Made by a program: the position numbers and the translations under genes
The notes under the pieces: generated by a model
Databases searched by the model: none
What the model saw: the letters and a program-made list of their open reading frames with translations, nothing else
Told to the model about the DNA's origin: nothing
Origin: Rhodoferax sp.
GTDB lineage: Bacteria; Pseudomonadota; Gammaproteobacteria; Burkholderiales; Burkholderiaceae_C
NCBI GenBank assembly: GCA_031418395.1
Contig: JANOXL010000242.1
Location: 12-64,011 of the forward strand
Reading direction: 5' to 3'
Length of the DNA stretch: 64,000 nt
Shown: piece after piece, positions 20,662 through 30,833 of the stretch
Layout: each line of letters begins with the position of its first letter
How positions within the stretch are numbered: the first letter of the stretch is position 1

Positions 20662-22206
20662 TCATTTTCCGTAGGCAGCTTGGTAACGAAGCCGGAAGAA
20701 TTTTGCTTCGTCGACCCTTCCCAGCATTTCCGAAGTGGTAATTAGCCTTTCGACCACTCGTGCTTCAGGGGAGAAATGTAACAACGCGTGGGCCTGGGCA
20801 TTGAAATAGGCGGCATTTACGGGCGTCAATTGCGCGGTGGTCAACTCGGCAAACCGAAACTGGTTCTGGAAAAACCAGGTGTTACGTATTTTTTCAAGGG
20901 TGTTCGTTTTGTAGGCTTGAGCCCTTTGAGATGGCGGCAAGTAGATTTGGCTAACCTTGTAATAGTCCCAAGCGACGGCTGCCAAAGCCATCATCAATAC
21001 AATCGCTGAGGCTCGAATCACATGTGTCAATCGCATCCCACCCAGCAGAAGGGTGCTACCGACGCGAGGTTCGCCTGCCATTTTGTTGGGCGCAGAGACC
21101 TTGGTCTCTTGCGATGTCGTGAACAAAATCATGAGACACATCACAGTGGCGATCTGAAATGGTCCATACCAAAGCGGGTACTCGACCAAGCTGTGTAACC
21201 CAATCATCGCCAGGACACCCCACGCAAGCTGACGCTGAGGATGATTCTCGCGCCAGGGATGCAAGCGCTTCAGTACCCACAGAACCCCGCCGCAAAAAAG
21301 AAGTGATACCGGTATTCCAAGCTCCACCGCGAGATGCAGCGGCAAATTGTGCGCATTGTCCAAAATTTCACAAAATCTTGGGCCGTCATATAGCGTTATG
21401 AAGTGTGCGTAGTCCAGTTCACCCCATCCCCAACCAAACCAAGGTTTCAAGAGCACTAAGTGCAGTACGTTTTGCCACAAAACAATACGGCTAGAGCAAT
21501 TGTGCTCAGTGTCGGCCAAACGCCCAAAAATGCCCCCAAACGCCCCGTCTCGACTAACCAACACTGGCAAAAGAACGCTAGCTACCACGTAGGTCAACCA
21601 AGCGGTAGTCACCACTTGCACAACGGAGCGGTCGCGCCAGTTGCGCCAAGCCAGCATCAGGCCGCCGACTAAAAGTAGCTGTACAAGCCCGGTTCGGGAA
21701 GATGACGCCGCGTTGCCTAAGCCGAGTGTCCCGGCTGACGCCAACCCTCCCCAAAACCACATCATTCTCTGTTGATCATCTAAATTGTCGCGAGAAAATT
21801 TCGGGTTAGCCTTTGCCCTTGCCAGCCAAATTATTGCAACCAGGCCGATCATGGTCAGCGTTGCAAATTGATTGCGTTGGCGCAGATTGGCAAAAGCTTC
21901 ACCAATTTGGGTCGTATTGATGAACCCCGCCGCGAGCTTGCTATATCCGAAAAACTGGATTAGAGCGATTCCACAACTGGCAAGTGCAGCCAACCACCAG
22001 GCAGTGGCAAGCGTTTCAACAGCTCTAGTTTTAGTGGATTCCAAGCTTTGAAAGCTGAAACTACACACAAAAAGTAGGCCAGCGAAACACATCCAGCTAA
22101 CCAAAAGGGGCGTAGCAGCCGGAGCAGGGCCGGTCGCAGCAGGATTTAGCCACGGCAGAGTCAGCAATACTAGTGCAGCGCCCGCAATCATTTGGCACCG
22201 ACGCAC
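20662..22206 (-). CDS. O-antigen-ligase/PglL-family polytopic membrane protein (candidate protein O-oligosaccharyltransferase), paralog 2
   Basis: 514 aa, more than 10 TM segments. Wzy_C-like loop (NAHNLPLHLAVELGIP). Soluble C-terminal domain. Adjacent to pilA. Confidence 0.7.
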   Translation of the reverse strand: MRRCQMIAGAALVLLTLPWLNPAATGPAPAATPLLVSWMCFAGLLFVCSFSFQSLESTKTRAVETLATAWWLAALASCGIALIQFFGYSKLAAGFINTTQIGEAFANLRQRNQFATLTMIGLVAIIWLARAKANPKFSRDNLDDQQRMMWFWGGLASAGTLGLGNAASSSRTGLVQLLLVGGLMLAWRNWRDRSVVQVVTTAWLTYVVASVLLPVLVSRDGAFGGIFGRLADTEHNCSSRIVLWQNVLHLVLLKPWFGWGWGELDYAHFITLYDGPRFCEILDNAHNLPLHLAVELGIPVSLLFCGGVLWVLKRLHPWRENHPQRQLAWGVLAMIGLHSLVEYPLWYGPFQIATVMCLMILFTTSQETKVSAPNKMAGEPRVGSTLLLGGMRLTHVIRASAIVLMMALAAVAWDYYKVSQIYLPPSQRAQAYKTNTLEKIRNTWFFQNQFRFAELTTAQLTPVNAAYFNAQAHALLHFSPEARVVERLITTSEMLGRVDEAKFFRLRYQAAYGK

Positions 22207-22236
22207 TTTGCTTCAGTCAACTTTGGGGCAATTGAT

Positions 22237-23931
22237 TCACGGCGCTTTTGCTGGCCATGGCACGATTGCCATCTGCGGACTAGTGATCGCCGCCTTTTGC
22301 CAACGCAGTGCCATAGACCCGCAAAGTTTTTCATTGGTAACCGAGCACATGACCTCAAGCCAGACTGCTGCTTCTTTAGGCTGCCCACTCATCGCCAAAT
22401 TCGCCGCGAGTTTGTAGAACGAAAGGACACTAGGAATTGCAATTACCAAACCGCGCATCCAATTCAACTCTTCTTCTGTTACGTCTTTGCTTGGCCTGTT
22501 CCGGGCCAAGACAATGACATCCCGCAATTGAGTCAAGACGACAACATCAGGCGCGGTTTTTGGATAGTTACTGGGAATTCCCCGGTCTTCAAAGCGCAAA
22601 CCATAGAAGCTATTTTCCGCCTTGAAATAGTCACTGATCGTGACAGTCATTGCCAACCCCGCAGACACCAGAACTGCACCATTGACCCAGCTTTTCACCA
22701 AAAAAGCCGGCCTAAAGCCGAGACTAGTGTTGAGCACGCCCAACAGAAGGCCCGCGGGAAGCAATAAGTGAGCGTAATGCAAGGGAAATTCCAGCATCGA
22801 ATGGACGCCAAGAATCAACATTGCAGCCATTATGGCGAATTGGTCAAACTGAATTGCCAATTTTCCGGCCTGCCAAATCCACCAACCCAAAAATCCAACA
22901 ATCGCCAGCCCAATCGGATAACCATTCCAAAGAATCAAGTCCAGCACCATATTGTGAGACTGCGCAAATATTCCTCCTGCTGGTGGGTAACTCGCAACCA
23001 ACATAAAGTGGGCTTGCGAAATTTGCCCCCAGCCAAACCCGAACCAGGGCTGACGTGACGCGGCCTCCAGAAACATGATCCAAGCTGTTGTTCGTGCAGG
23101 GTCGTTTAGTCCTCTAAATTGAGAGGGAAGGTCGTCCGGGAAGAACAAAATCAGGTCGATATACGGTATTGTGATTGAGACGATCACGAAGTAAGCGGCT
23201 AATCCCAACGCTACTTTCAGGAAATGCGGGCTGTACAACTTATTCCGCAGCAAAATTAGCCCTGTCGCCAACAAGAATATATTGAGCCAAGCCGTTCGTG
23301 ACCCCGTCAAGGCGACTCCAAACAAGACAATGGCAGCCAGCGCGGCTGCCACCCATGCCGTAAGATTTTGACGAAAATGTGCCCATGCAGTCCCGATAAC
23401 ACCGAGCAACAAGAGTGACCCAAGTACGTTCGGTTGGGTAAGATTTGCATAATACCGATTTGGTAAAGTGCTGCTCAATATCCAAATGGTGTCGGATCTA
23501 AACCCTAACCACTGGAAGATCTGTAAACCCGTTGACACAACTGCAGCACAAGTAAATGCCATAAAAACAAAATCTGCACACTGGCCTGGAGAATCAAGTT
23601 CCCATTTGGCGCCGACCTGAATGGCAAGTGCAAACCCGAGCAAATACAGGCTGTGCATCCAGACCATACCAAACTGAGTTGATTGTCCGCACAAAAACTG
23701 CACTATTGGAATGGCGCTCAGGCCAAAAATCAGTAAGGCCAACCAATGCAGAGGATGCGGCGCAGTTTGCCTCAGTAGGACTCGTGCCGAAACCAGCAAC
23801 AGAACACATGCCACCCAAGCTTCTTTATGAAAAGACAACCAAGGTGGGGAATTGTTGGGCAATAACCAGCCCAACGACAAGATCACAGCCCCCAGCATTA
23901 GCCACAACGGTGTAAATACCTTGATCTGCAT
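22237..23931 (-). CDS. O-antigen-ligase/PglL-family polytopic membrane protein (candidate pilin O-glycosyltransferase), paralog 1
   Basis: 564 aa. N-terminal LGWLLPNNSPPWLSFHKE and loop AQSHNMVLDLILWNGYPIG are typical of the PglL/PilO class. Immediately downstream of pilA. Confidence 0.7.
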   Translation of the reverse strand: MQIKVFTPLWLMLGAVILSLGWLLPNNSPPWLSFHKEAWVACVLLLVSARVLLRQTAPHPLHWLALLIFGLSAIPIVQFLCGQSTQFGMVWMHSLYLLGFALAIQVGAKWELDSPGQCADFVFMAFTCAAVVSTGLQIFQWLGFRSDTIWILSSTLPNRYYANLTQPNVLGSLLLLGVIGTAWAHFRQNLTAWVAAALAAIVLFGVALTGSRTAWLNIFLLATGLILLRNKLYSPHFLKVALGLAAYFVIVSITIPYIDLILFFPDDLPSQFRGLNDPARTTAWIMFLEAASRQPWFGFGWGQISQAHFMLVASYPPAGGIFAQSHNMVLDLILWNGYPIGLAIVGFLGWWIWQAGKLAIQFDQFAIMAAMLILGVHSMLEFPLHYAHLLLPAGLLLGVLNTSLGFRPAFLVKSWVNGAVLVSAGLAMTVTISDYFKAENSFYGLRFEDRGIPSNYPKTAPDVVVLTQLRDVIVLARNRPSKDVTEEELNWMRGLVIAIPSVLSFYKLAANLAMSGQPKEAAVWLEVMCSVTNEKLCGSMALRWQKAAITSPQMAIVPWPAKAP

Positions 23932-23957
23932 TCTTTCAACCTCTTTGACTTCAACTC

Positions 23958-23986
23958 AAAAAAAAAGGGAGCCAAGCTCCCTTTTT
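23958..23986 (-). terminator. Intrinsic terminator after pilA (bidirectional form)
   Basis: A9-GGGAGC-caa-GCTCCC-T5. On the minus strand the stem is followed by a T9 run. Confidence 0.8.
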
Positions 23987-24002
23987 CGTCATGGTGAATT
24001 GC

Positions 24003-24413
24003 TTATTTGCAGGAAGAAGGCGCCCATTTGGGGTTAACCGAACCCACACATGTCCAACCCGAAATACCGTTTCCAGAAATCGTGGGGGTCAAGGTAACAA
24101 TGAAGTCATTGGCAGCAAGAATAAGTCCGTTAACAGTGACAATTCCAGTCGTCGCGCCCACAGTCAAAGCTGTTGCACGTGAAGTCGGAACAAAACCGGT
24201 CGCACAAGTGTCAAGCGAATTTGCGCCATTTGTCGACACCGCCTCAGTCACACAAGTGCGCGCACCGCTGGCGGCCAAAATTACCTCAGAGGCCTTGGCG
24301 CGGTTGGTGTAATCCTGATAGGCTGGCAAAGCAACTGCAGCCAAAATACCAATGATCGCCACAACGATCATCAACTCGATAAGGGTGAAACCCTTTTGCA
24401 TAGAACGCTTCAT
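24003..24413 (-). CDS. pilA: Type IV major pilin
   Basis: Prepilin leader MKRSMQKG / [28 protein letters not shown]-terminal Cys pair. Confidence 0.93.
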   Translation of the reverse strand: MKRSMQKGFTLIELMIVVAIIGILAAVALPAYQDYTNRAKASEVILAASGARTCVTEAVSTNGANSLDTCATGFVPTSRATALTVGATTGIVTVNGLILAANDFIVTLTPTISGNGISGWTCVGSVNPKWAPSSCK

Positions 24414-24456
24414 TAAAAACTCCTTGGTGAAAAAAGAAAGACTGACAACTTAATAT

Positions 24457-24472
24457 AGCAATCACCGTGCCA
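24457..24472 (-). promoter_or_regulatory. Sigma-54 (-24/-12) promoter of pilA
   Basis: Minus strand reads TGGCACggtgaTTGCT, a perfect TGGCAC-N5-TTGCW, about 45 nt upstream of the pilA ATG. A TTGCAAATTGCAA repeat lies further upstream at about 24538-24552. Confidence 0.7.
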
Positions 24473-24584
24473 GCCGAAAATCAACGGTTTTTGCGCAAAT
24501 GGTCTTCGCCAGTCACCAATTTTTTCTACTTTTATTGCAAATTGCAAAAATCGATCTCTGAAAAGTCAATCGCCGACATTTTTG

Positions 24585-27005
24585 TCACTTAATACAAACT
24601 TGTCTGACCATTTTGAGGTCCGTCAGCCCCATCATGATCTTCTCCATCCCGTCCATTTTCAGCGTCCGCATACCGCCTTCAACAGCTGCCACAAAAATTT
24701 CCGCTACGCGTGCGCGCTCCTGGATGAGTTTCTTGACATCGTCATCTGCAATTAACAATTCGTGCAAACCCACACGCCCTTTGTAACCTGTCTTGCCGCA
24801 CTTGTCACAACCGACCGAGCGGTAAAACTTGAGTTGTCCGTCGTTGCCGTACAACTCGACCCAGCTGTCGATCAGTTTTTGCACTTCTCCGTCGTAATCC
24901 GCCTTCCAAGCCTTGGAGTGGCGCAGCTCTTCTGCATATTCTGAAACAAACTTTTTAAGCTCTGAACCGTTCGGGGCGTAGGATTCTTTGCAATCACAGA
25001 GCTTTTTGGCCAAGCGTTGCGCCAAAATGCCCAAAAGTGCATCTGCGAAGTTGAACGGATCCATACCCATGTCCAAAAGACGGGTAATGGACTCAGGGGC
25101 AGAGTTAGTGTGTAGCGTGGAGAAAACCAGGTGGCCCGTCAGTGATGCCTCAACACCCATCGATACGGTTTCCTTGTCACGCGACTCACCTACCATGATG
25201 ATGTCTGGGTCAGCCCGAAGAAAAGCGCGCATAACCAACGCGAAGTCAATTCCCGCTTTTCTGTTGATCTGAACCTGGCGCAGTCCCTTTTGCGTGATCT
25301 CTACCGGGTCTTCAGCAGTCCAGATCTTGGTGTCGGGCTTATTCAAATGCTTGAGGATGGAGTGCAGTGTGGTGGTTTTACCGGAGCCAGTCGGCCCGCA
25401 TACATAAAACAACCCGTAAGGTTTTTCAACCGTTCTGATCACCCGATCTTTGTTGTGGGGCGTGAGACCCAGCTTTTCCAGCGGGATCGGCTCGCCAGCA
25501 GCCAGGATACGCATGACAACATCTTCTACGCCCCCTGCCGAAGGGATCGTTGCCACCCGCAATTCAATATCAAGCGGGCCGTATTTTTTGAACTTGATTT
25601 TGCCGTCTTGTGGCTTACGGCGCTCGGAAATATCGAGATCACACATGATCTTCAGGCGGGTCACCATCGCCTGACGGAAATGCGCTGGCACTTCAATATA
25701 CGGCAGAAGGCTGCCATCGATACGGAATCGGATGCCCGTCTTGAACTTGCCAGGCATCGGCTCAATGTGAATGTCAGAAACCTTTTGGTTGTAGGCGTCA
25801 ATGATGACTTTATTGACAAATTTGACAAGCTCATTGTCTGCGGCCGCTGACTCCAGAGAGTCTTCACCGCTGCCGTCGTCGATCGGGCCGCCGTCCATAT
25901 CTGCCAGAAGGTCGTCGATCGAACCACCTTCAGCGCCGGCGCCGAAAATTTGATCGAGGGTTTCCTGGAACTCGGTCTGAGTTGTGACACGGTAACTGAA
26001 TTTATGGAATTTTGAAAACACCTGTGGCACGATGCGCGAGCCCCGAACCGCCTCGGGGTCAACACACATGACTATCAAGCCTTCTGGCGAGTCTTCAAGT
26101 GGAAACCAGCCTTGTCCCTGGACGAAATCGCGTTTCAGCGCGCCATGAATATGCTCTGATCGAATTCGACCCGCATTAAACGGCTCGTACGGCACACCAA
26201 AGAACTTTGCCAAAGATGGTCCGATTTGGGCCGGTTTGACTTTAAATTGCGACATCAAGACGTGTTCAACACTATGGCCTTCGGCCCGGGCGTCTTCGAC
26301 ACATTGCTGCAGCTCGGCTTTTGAAATGACGCCATCTGCAATCAAGCCATCGAATTTCGTCGCGACTTTGCGCTGGCTATCTTCGGCCTTTCGCACTCGC
26401 TGGCGGATGGCCGTGCCAAGTGTTTTACAAAGCTGGGAAACACCTTCAACTTCCAATTCGCTAAAAGGCTGGTTGCTCTTGTTATTGATGACCTGGAGCA
26501 CGCCATGCAAGGTTTCACCTTCCAGGACAGGTGCCACCAGCATTTCGCGGGTCCGATATCCAGAGCGTTTGTCAACTTCTTTGAGAAATGTCAATGCCGG
26601 ATGGATTTGTTTGAGCGCCTCTTCGTCGTACACGTCCGCCAAATTAATGAGGGAGCGACTAAAAGCACAATATCCGGCCAAACTCTGAGGTGAAATCGGC
26701 AGTTTCAGGTCGCGGCTGCTATTGAGGCCGGTCTTGATCTTGGAAATAATGGCAGTTCCGTCATCGTTGACCGCATACAAGGTCAATCGATCTGCATTGA
26801 ACAGTTTGCAAATATCCTGGCTTGCGTCCAGCATGATCTGGTCAAGATTGTCGGTCTCGTGGATTCGCGCCGTTACCTGTTGAAGCTGGCGGTAAAACAA
26901 GGCTTCGAAAGTTGTTCCCCGCTTTTCAGCGGGCAGCTTTTGGGAGTCAACAAAGGCCTGATCCCTCGGTTTGCCCACGACAGGCGGTTTCAACACAGCA
27001 CTCAT
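24585..27005 (-). CDS. GspE/PilB-family secretion/pilus ATPase with N-terminal GAF domain
   Basis: 806 aa. The first ~200 aa look GAF-like (DICKLFNADRLTLYAV...GVLQVINNK). A T2SSE_N-like domain follows, then Walker A GPTGSGKTT and the tetracysteine CDKCGKTGYKGR motif of PilB/GspE ATPases. Confidence 0.85.
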   Translation of the reverse strand: MSAVLKPPVVGKPRDQAFVDSQKLPAEKRGTTFEALFYRQLQQVTARIHETDNLDQIMLDASQDICKLFNADRLTLYAVNDDGTAIISKIKTGLNSSRDLKLPISPQSLAGYCAFSRSLINLADVYDEEALKQIHPALTFLKEVDKRSGYRTREMLVAPVLEGETLHGVLQVINNKSNQPFSELEVEGVSQLCKTLGTAIRQRVRKAEDSQRKVATKFDGLIADGVISKAELQQCVEDARAEGHSVEHVLMSQFKVKPAQIGPSLAKFFGVPYEPFNAGRIRSEHIHGALKRDFVQGQGWFPLEDSPEGLIVMCVDPEAVRGSRIVPQVFSKFHKFSYRVTTQTEFQETLDQIFGAGAEGGSIDDLLADMDGGPIDDGSGEDSLESAAADNELVKFVNKVIIDAYNQKVSDIHIEPMPGKFKTGIRFRIDGSLLPYIEVPAHFRQAMVTRLKIMCDLDISERRKPQDGKIKFKKYGPLDIELRVATIPSAGGVEDVVMRILAAGEPIPLEKLGLTPHNKDRVIRTVEKPYGLFYVCGPTGSGKTTTLHSILKHLNKPDTKIWTAEDPVEITQKGLRQVQINRKAGIDFALVMRAFLRADPDIIMVGESRDKETVSMGVEASLTGHLVFSTLHTNSAPESITRLLDMGMDPFNFADALLGILAQRLAKKLCDCKESYAPNGSELKKFVSEYAEELRHSKAWKADYDGEVQKLIDSWVELYGNDGQLKFYRSVGCDKCGKTGYKGRVGLHELLIADDDVKKLIQERARVAEIFVAAVEGGMRTLKMDGMEKIMMGLTDLKMVRQVCIK

Positions 27006-27793
27006 AAGTCGAACTCCTGACCCGCCCGCAACCAGCGGATGTCATGACTCACATTAGGCCCGTTCACCGCAGTTTCATCAAACTTCTGAATTTCAGCCAT
27101 GATGAGGGCCGTCTCAGCTGGCTTGGTATGCGTAATATAGATGGGGTACTTTTTCTCACGGTGGATATTGTCCAACTCGTCGGCCAAAACGCCCGGTGAA
27201 AGATGCAGACTCAATTTGGCGAGGTCTTTTTCGCGGTTGCTAAACGCGGTTTCAATCACCAGCATGGCGACATTCAGCTCATTGACACGCTTCCAAAACG
27301 CTGGGTTACGTTCAGTATCGCCCGTGAATACCCAACACCCGGTGCCAGCTGTTACAGCATATCCTACTGCGGGAACGGTGTGAATCGCGGGCAAAACTTC
27401 GATCAACTTACCCTGCAACTGAAGGGCTTGACCAGCCTGAATTTCATGAAATGAAATAAAAGGTGCTTCTGGCGTCGGAATTCGACTGAAGTCAGGCCAA
27501 ATAACGTCGTTGAAAATATGCGCTCTTAATGCTGCAATAGTCCCTGCAAGCGCATAAATTCGAAGAGGTGCTGTCCGCCGGGCAGCAACAGCATCCACCA
27601 TTAACGGCAACGCAGCTACGTGATCAAGATGGGAATGCGTCAAAAAGACTGTGTCGATCCCCCGCATTTCATCAAGTGTCAAATCACCTACACCCGTGCC
27701 GGCATCAATCAAAACATCGCCATCAATTAAAAAAGACGTGGTTCGGCAATCCTTGGCGATGGCACCAGAGCAGCCCAACACTCGTACTTTCAT
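27002..27793 (-). CDS. Class-II 3',5'-cyclic-nucleotide phosphodiesterase (MBL fold)
   Basis: HSHLDHVAALP matches the class-II PDE signature HxHLDH. The stop overlaps the ATPase start (ATGA). Confidence 0.8.
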   Translation of the reverse strand: MKVRVLGCSGAIAKDCRTTSFLIDGDVLIDAGTGVGDLTLDEMRGIDTVFLTHSHLDHVAALPLMVDAVAARRTAPLRIYALAGTIAALRAHIFNDVIWPDFSRIPTPEAPFISFHEIQAGQALQLQGKLIEVLPAIHTVPAVGYAVTAGTGCWVFTGDTERNPAFWKRVNELNVAMLVIETAFSNREKDLAKLSLHLSPGVLADELDNIHREKKYPIYITHTKPAETALIMAEIQKFDETAVNGPNVSHDIRWLRAGQEFDL

Positions 27794-27802
27794 GACGTGC
27801 CT

Positions 27803-30055
27803 TTATTTGGTTTCAAAGTTAGTCGCTCCGTCCCACTCTGGATCGAATGGAAGCATCCTCATGGAGGCTACTCGTTCGGAATACAGTTGGTAAAGGTATT
27901 TTTTTGCATTTGCGCGGGTCAAATTGATTAAAAGTACATCCGATTGGTCCCAGTCCTGAGTTCGATAGGCTTTCAAGAATGTGCCCCAAGTCTTCAACTC
28001 TGAGGTGACACCGTCACCAAGCTCGCCAGCCTGCCCCACAGGGTAGTAGATTGCTACGGCTTGGTCTTTCCCCTTAACCCGGACTTTGTCCAGCTCCTGC
28101 CAGGCAAATTCTGGGGCCAGTTTACGTGTGGACTCACTTACAACTATATCGACACCATAGGACTTTGACAATCCTTCCAGTCTTGAACCCAAGTTAACCG
28201 CATCACCAATCACCGTATAGCTGCGACGGATGTTGGAGCCCATATCTCCAACACACATGCTGCCAGTGTTGAGACCAATCCCGATGCCAATCTCCGGGAT
28301 GCCCTTGGCACGATGTTCCCGATTGATGTCGTGTATGGCATTCGCCATCTCTATGGCGGCCTTGATGGCAAGCTGGGCATGTTCAGCGGTTTCCACCGGT
28401 GCGCCCCAAAATGCCATGACACAGTCGCCCATATATTTGTCGATCGTGCCGCGATTGGCTCGAATATGTCCGGTCAAGCGGCTGAAAACATCATTAAGCA
28501 GCGCTTGAAGCTGGACGGGCTCCATTTTTTCCGACATTTTTGTAAACCCCCGCATGTCGCAAAACATGACGGTCAACTCTTTATTGCTGGCCTTCATGGT
28601 GTAGCTGTCGGGGTCTTTTACCATCTCGTCAACCAACTCGGGAGGAACGTAAGTACCAAACAAATTAGCCAACTCACGTTTTGAGCGGCTTTCTACGAAA
28701 TAGCCGTAGCTCATGTTCAACGCAAAAGCCGCCGTTGCCATCGCCAGCGCACCGGCAAGGGGCAAAACCAAACCAAAGGATTGGTACATCCAGAAGTTGA
28801 GCACAAAAAGCAAGGCCAATACACCCGTGCTGAGCATCACCGCCCGGGAGGCACTCAGTATCGGCAGTGCAATGGCCAAGGCTAGCCCCGACACAACCAG
28901 CATGACAACGTCATATCCGACCGCGTAATCAGGTTTGACAAGAACCTTGCCATCGAGCAGCCCCGAAATCACGTTGGCATGGGTTTCCACTCCCGGATAG
29001 GTCTCTCCCACCGGCGTCACCCGTAAATCCACAAGCCCAGGTGCCGTAGTGCCCAGTAACACAATTTTGTTTTTAAGCGTTCCTGCCGGAATGCGTTTGG
29101 CCAACACGTCGGCCGCTGAAAGGTACTTGAAGGCTCCACCCGTTGGACCACCCGCTCCCCGAAACGGAACTAATGCGGAGACTCTGTCGTCTACCGGTAT
29201 GGCGTACGTCTTCTTTTCGTCAAGCCTCAACAAAATGCTTTCCAGCCCTTGGTAGTTTTTGTTGAGGAACCGGTCGCGCGGGAACCCTGGCGAGATCGTC
29301 GGCATGCCAATCAGCATCCGAAACATGGCCAGGGGTAAAGACTCGTAGTACTGCCCTTTGTATTCTCCGATCAAAGGCAAAGACCGGACAACACCATCAG
29401 TTTCAGTGATCGAGTTGAAAAACCCAGCCATCGGGGCGGCTTTGGCAATTTGGTCAATATTTGACCCAAACCCGTTCCATGAAGTAAAGCGGATGGGTTT
29501 GCCTTGTAAAGCTTCTCGTGGCATGACGGGTGCCGGTAGGGTGCCCGAGGATCGGCCGTCTCGGTCACTTGTCAGGTAATACCCTAGAACAACGGGTCGA
29601 TTTTCAAGCGCCTTGGCAAAAGCCGCATCGTAATCAAGCTCCGTTTGCAAAGTTTGCACGCGCTCGACAAATCCGGCCTGCCCTTTCAACTCATTTTTTG
29701 CCAAATCGTTTAGGCGCTTCAGACCTGAGCTGTCATCAGCTTCGGCAAACACAACGTCAAAGCCAAGGAGCGCTATTTTTTGGGAGTCGAACAACTCCCG
29801 CGTGAGTTCAGCCAGCCGATTGCGCCCCCATGGCCAGCGCCCGACCTCGGCCAGACTTTTTTCATCGATATCCACGATGACGATGCGGTCGTCCAATGTC
29901 CTGGGCATTGTCGCCCGTAGCCGTGCATCGTAAATGATGTCATCCAAACGCTGGATAAATCCAAAATTGATAACACCCGTCGAATTCAGCAACGCAATCA
30001 GTAATGGCAACAACGTTACCAATATCCGGGGCCAATGCTTTAGCAAAGATGCCAT
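27803..30055 (-). CDS. CHASE2-domain class-III adenylate/guanylate cyclase
   Basis: N-terminal TM plus a large periplasmic CHASE2-type region (VIVDIDEKSL...GRWPW), three TM segments, and a C-terminal cyclase domain (MFCDMRGFT, IDKYMGD, VNLGSRLE). Confidence 0.88.
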   Translation of the reverse strand: MASLLKHWPRILVTLLPLLIALLNSTGVINFGFIQRLDDIIYDARLRATMPRTLDDRIVIVDIDEKSLAEVGRWPWGRNRLAELTRELFDSQKIALLGFDVVFAEADDSSGLKRLNDLAKNELKGQAGFVERVQTLQTELDYDAAFAKALENRPVVLGYYLTSDRDGRSSGTLPAPVMPREALQGKPIRFTSWNGFGSNIDQIAKAAPMAGFFNSITETDGVVRSLPLIGEYKGQYYESLPLAMFRMLIGMPTISPGFPRDRFLNKNYQGLESILLRLDEKKTYAIPVDDRVSALVPFRGAGGPTGGAFKYLSAADVLAKRIPAGTLKNKIVLLGTTAPGLVDLRVTPVGETYPGVETHANVISGLLDGKVLVKPDYAVGYDVVMLVVSGLALAIALPILSASRAVMLSTGVLALLFVLNFWMYQSFGLVLPLAGALAMATAAFALNMSYGYFVESRSKRELANLFGTYVPPELVDEMVKDPDSYTMKASNKELTVMFCDMRGFTKMSEKMEPVQLQALLNDVFSRLTGHIRANRGTIDKYMGDCVMAFWGAPVETAEHAQLAIKAAIEMANAIHDINREHRAKGIPEIGIGIGLNTGSMCVGDMGSNIRRSYTVIGDAVNLGSRLEGLSKSYGVDIVVSESTRKLAPEFAWQELDKVRVKGKDQAVAIYYPVGQAGELGDGVTSELKTWGTFLKAYRTQDWDQSDVLLINLTRANAKKYLYQLYSERVASMRMLPFDPEWDGATNFETK

Positions 30056-30110
30056 GAAATTCCCGAAGTTAAGTAACCTGGTGGCCCCGACAAGCTGCCG
30101 GCTCGGGTGG

Positions 30111-30785
30111 TCAGTTCAATATGAATTGCATTTGAGTGCCCGCGAGCTCGATCAAATCGCCATTCTTGAGGGCGACGGGATCAACTCCGATCGGCGCCCC
30201 ATTCAACGAAGGGTTCCCGGCACCTTCAACATGATGAACGACAAAGCCGTGGCTGCGTTTTGTAATCGCCGCGACTGCAACACCCGGTTTGCCAATGGTT
30301 GTCACGACTTTAGTCAATGGCACTTCCCGACCTGAAGCCGCGCCTGACAGCACCTTAATAGCCGCTCGGGCCGAAGAAGCACCAAAGCTTGAGTCCGGGC
30401 CTCTCGCCGCCGCCGGCGCTGCCGACTGATGGGCCGCAGCCAAGGCTGCTGCCTGGCTCGGGCGCACCATCTGGGTCTTCTCAAAACCTTGGTCTGCGCT
30501 TTCGTTGACAAATTTGATTTTGTATTTGCCAACTTCAACGACATCTCCGTTTTGCAACAGTTGCTTCTTCACCGCCTTGCCATTGACATAACTTCCGTTG
30601 GTGCTGTTAAGGTCTTCAAGATGCACCTCGTTGCCCGCCATTTGCAAAACTGCGTGCTCCCCGCTGACGGCAAGGTTGTCAATGACGATGTCGTTATACG
30701 GACGCCGACCCAGTGACGTCCGATCTTTCGTCAACTGGACTTCCTTGATCACAACCCCGTCTATCGATACGATCATTTTCGGCAT
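30111..30785 (-). CDS. Protein with two FHA domains
   Basis: N-terminal FHA (SLGRRPYNDIVIDNLAVSGEHAVL...NSTNGSYVNG) and a second degenerate FHA-like C-terminal module, joined by an Ala/Ser-rich linker. Confidence 0.8.
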   Translation of the reverse strand: MPKMIVSIDGVVIKEVQLTKDRTSLGRRPYNDIVIDNLAVSGEHAVLQMAGNEVHLEDLNSTNGSYVNGKAVKKQLLQNGDVVEVGKYKIKFVNESADQGFEKTQMVRPSQAAALAAAHQSAAPAAARGPDSSFGASSARAAIKVLSGAASGREVPLTKVVTTIGKPGVAVAAITKRSHGFVVHHVEGAGNPSLNGAPIGVDPVALKNGDLIELAGTQMQFILN

Positions 30786-30833
30786 GACCGACTCCTGTTC
30801 CTGAAATTTGTAATTCGAAAAATTAAACTGAAA

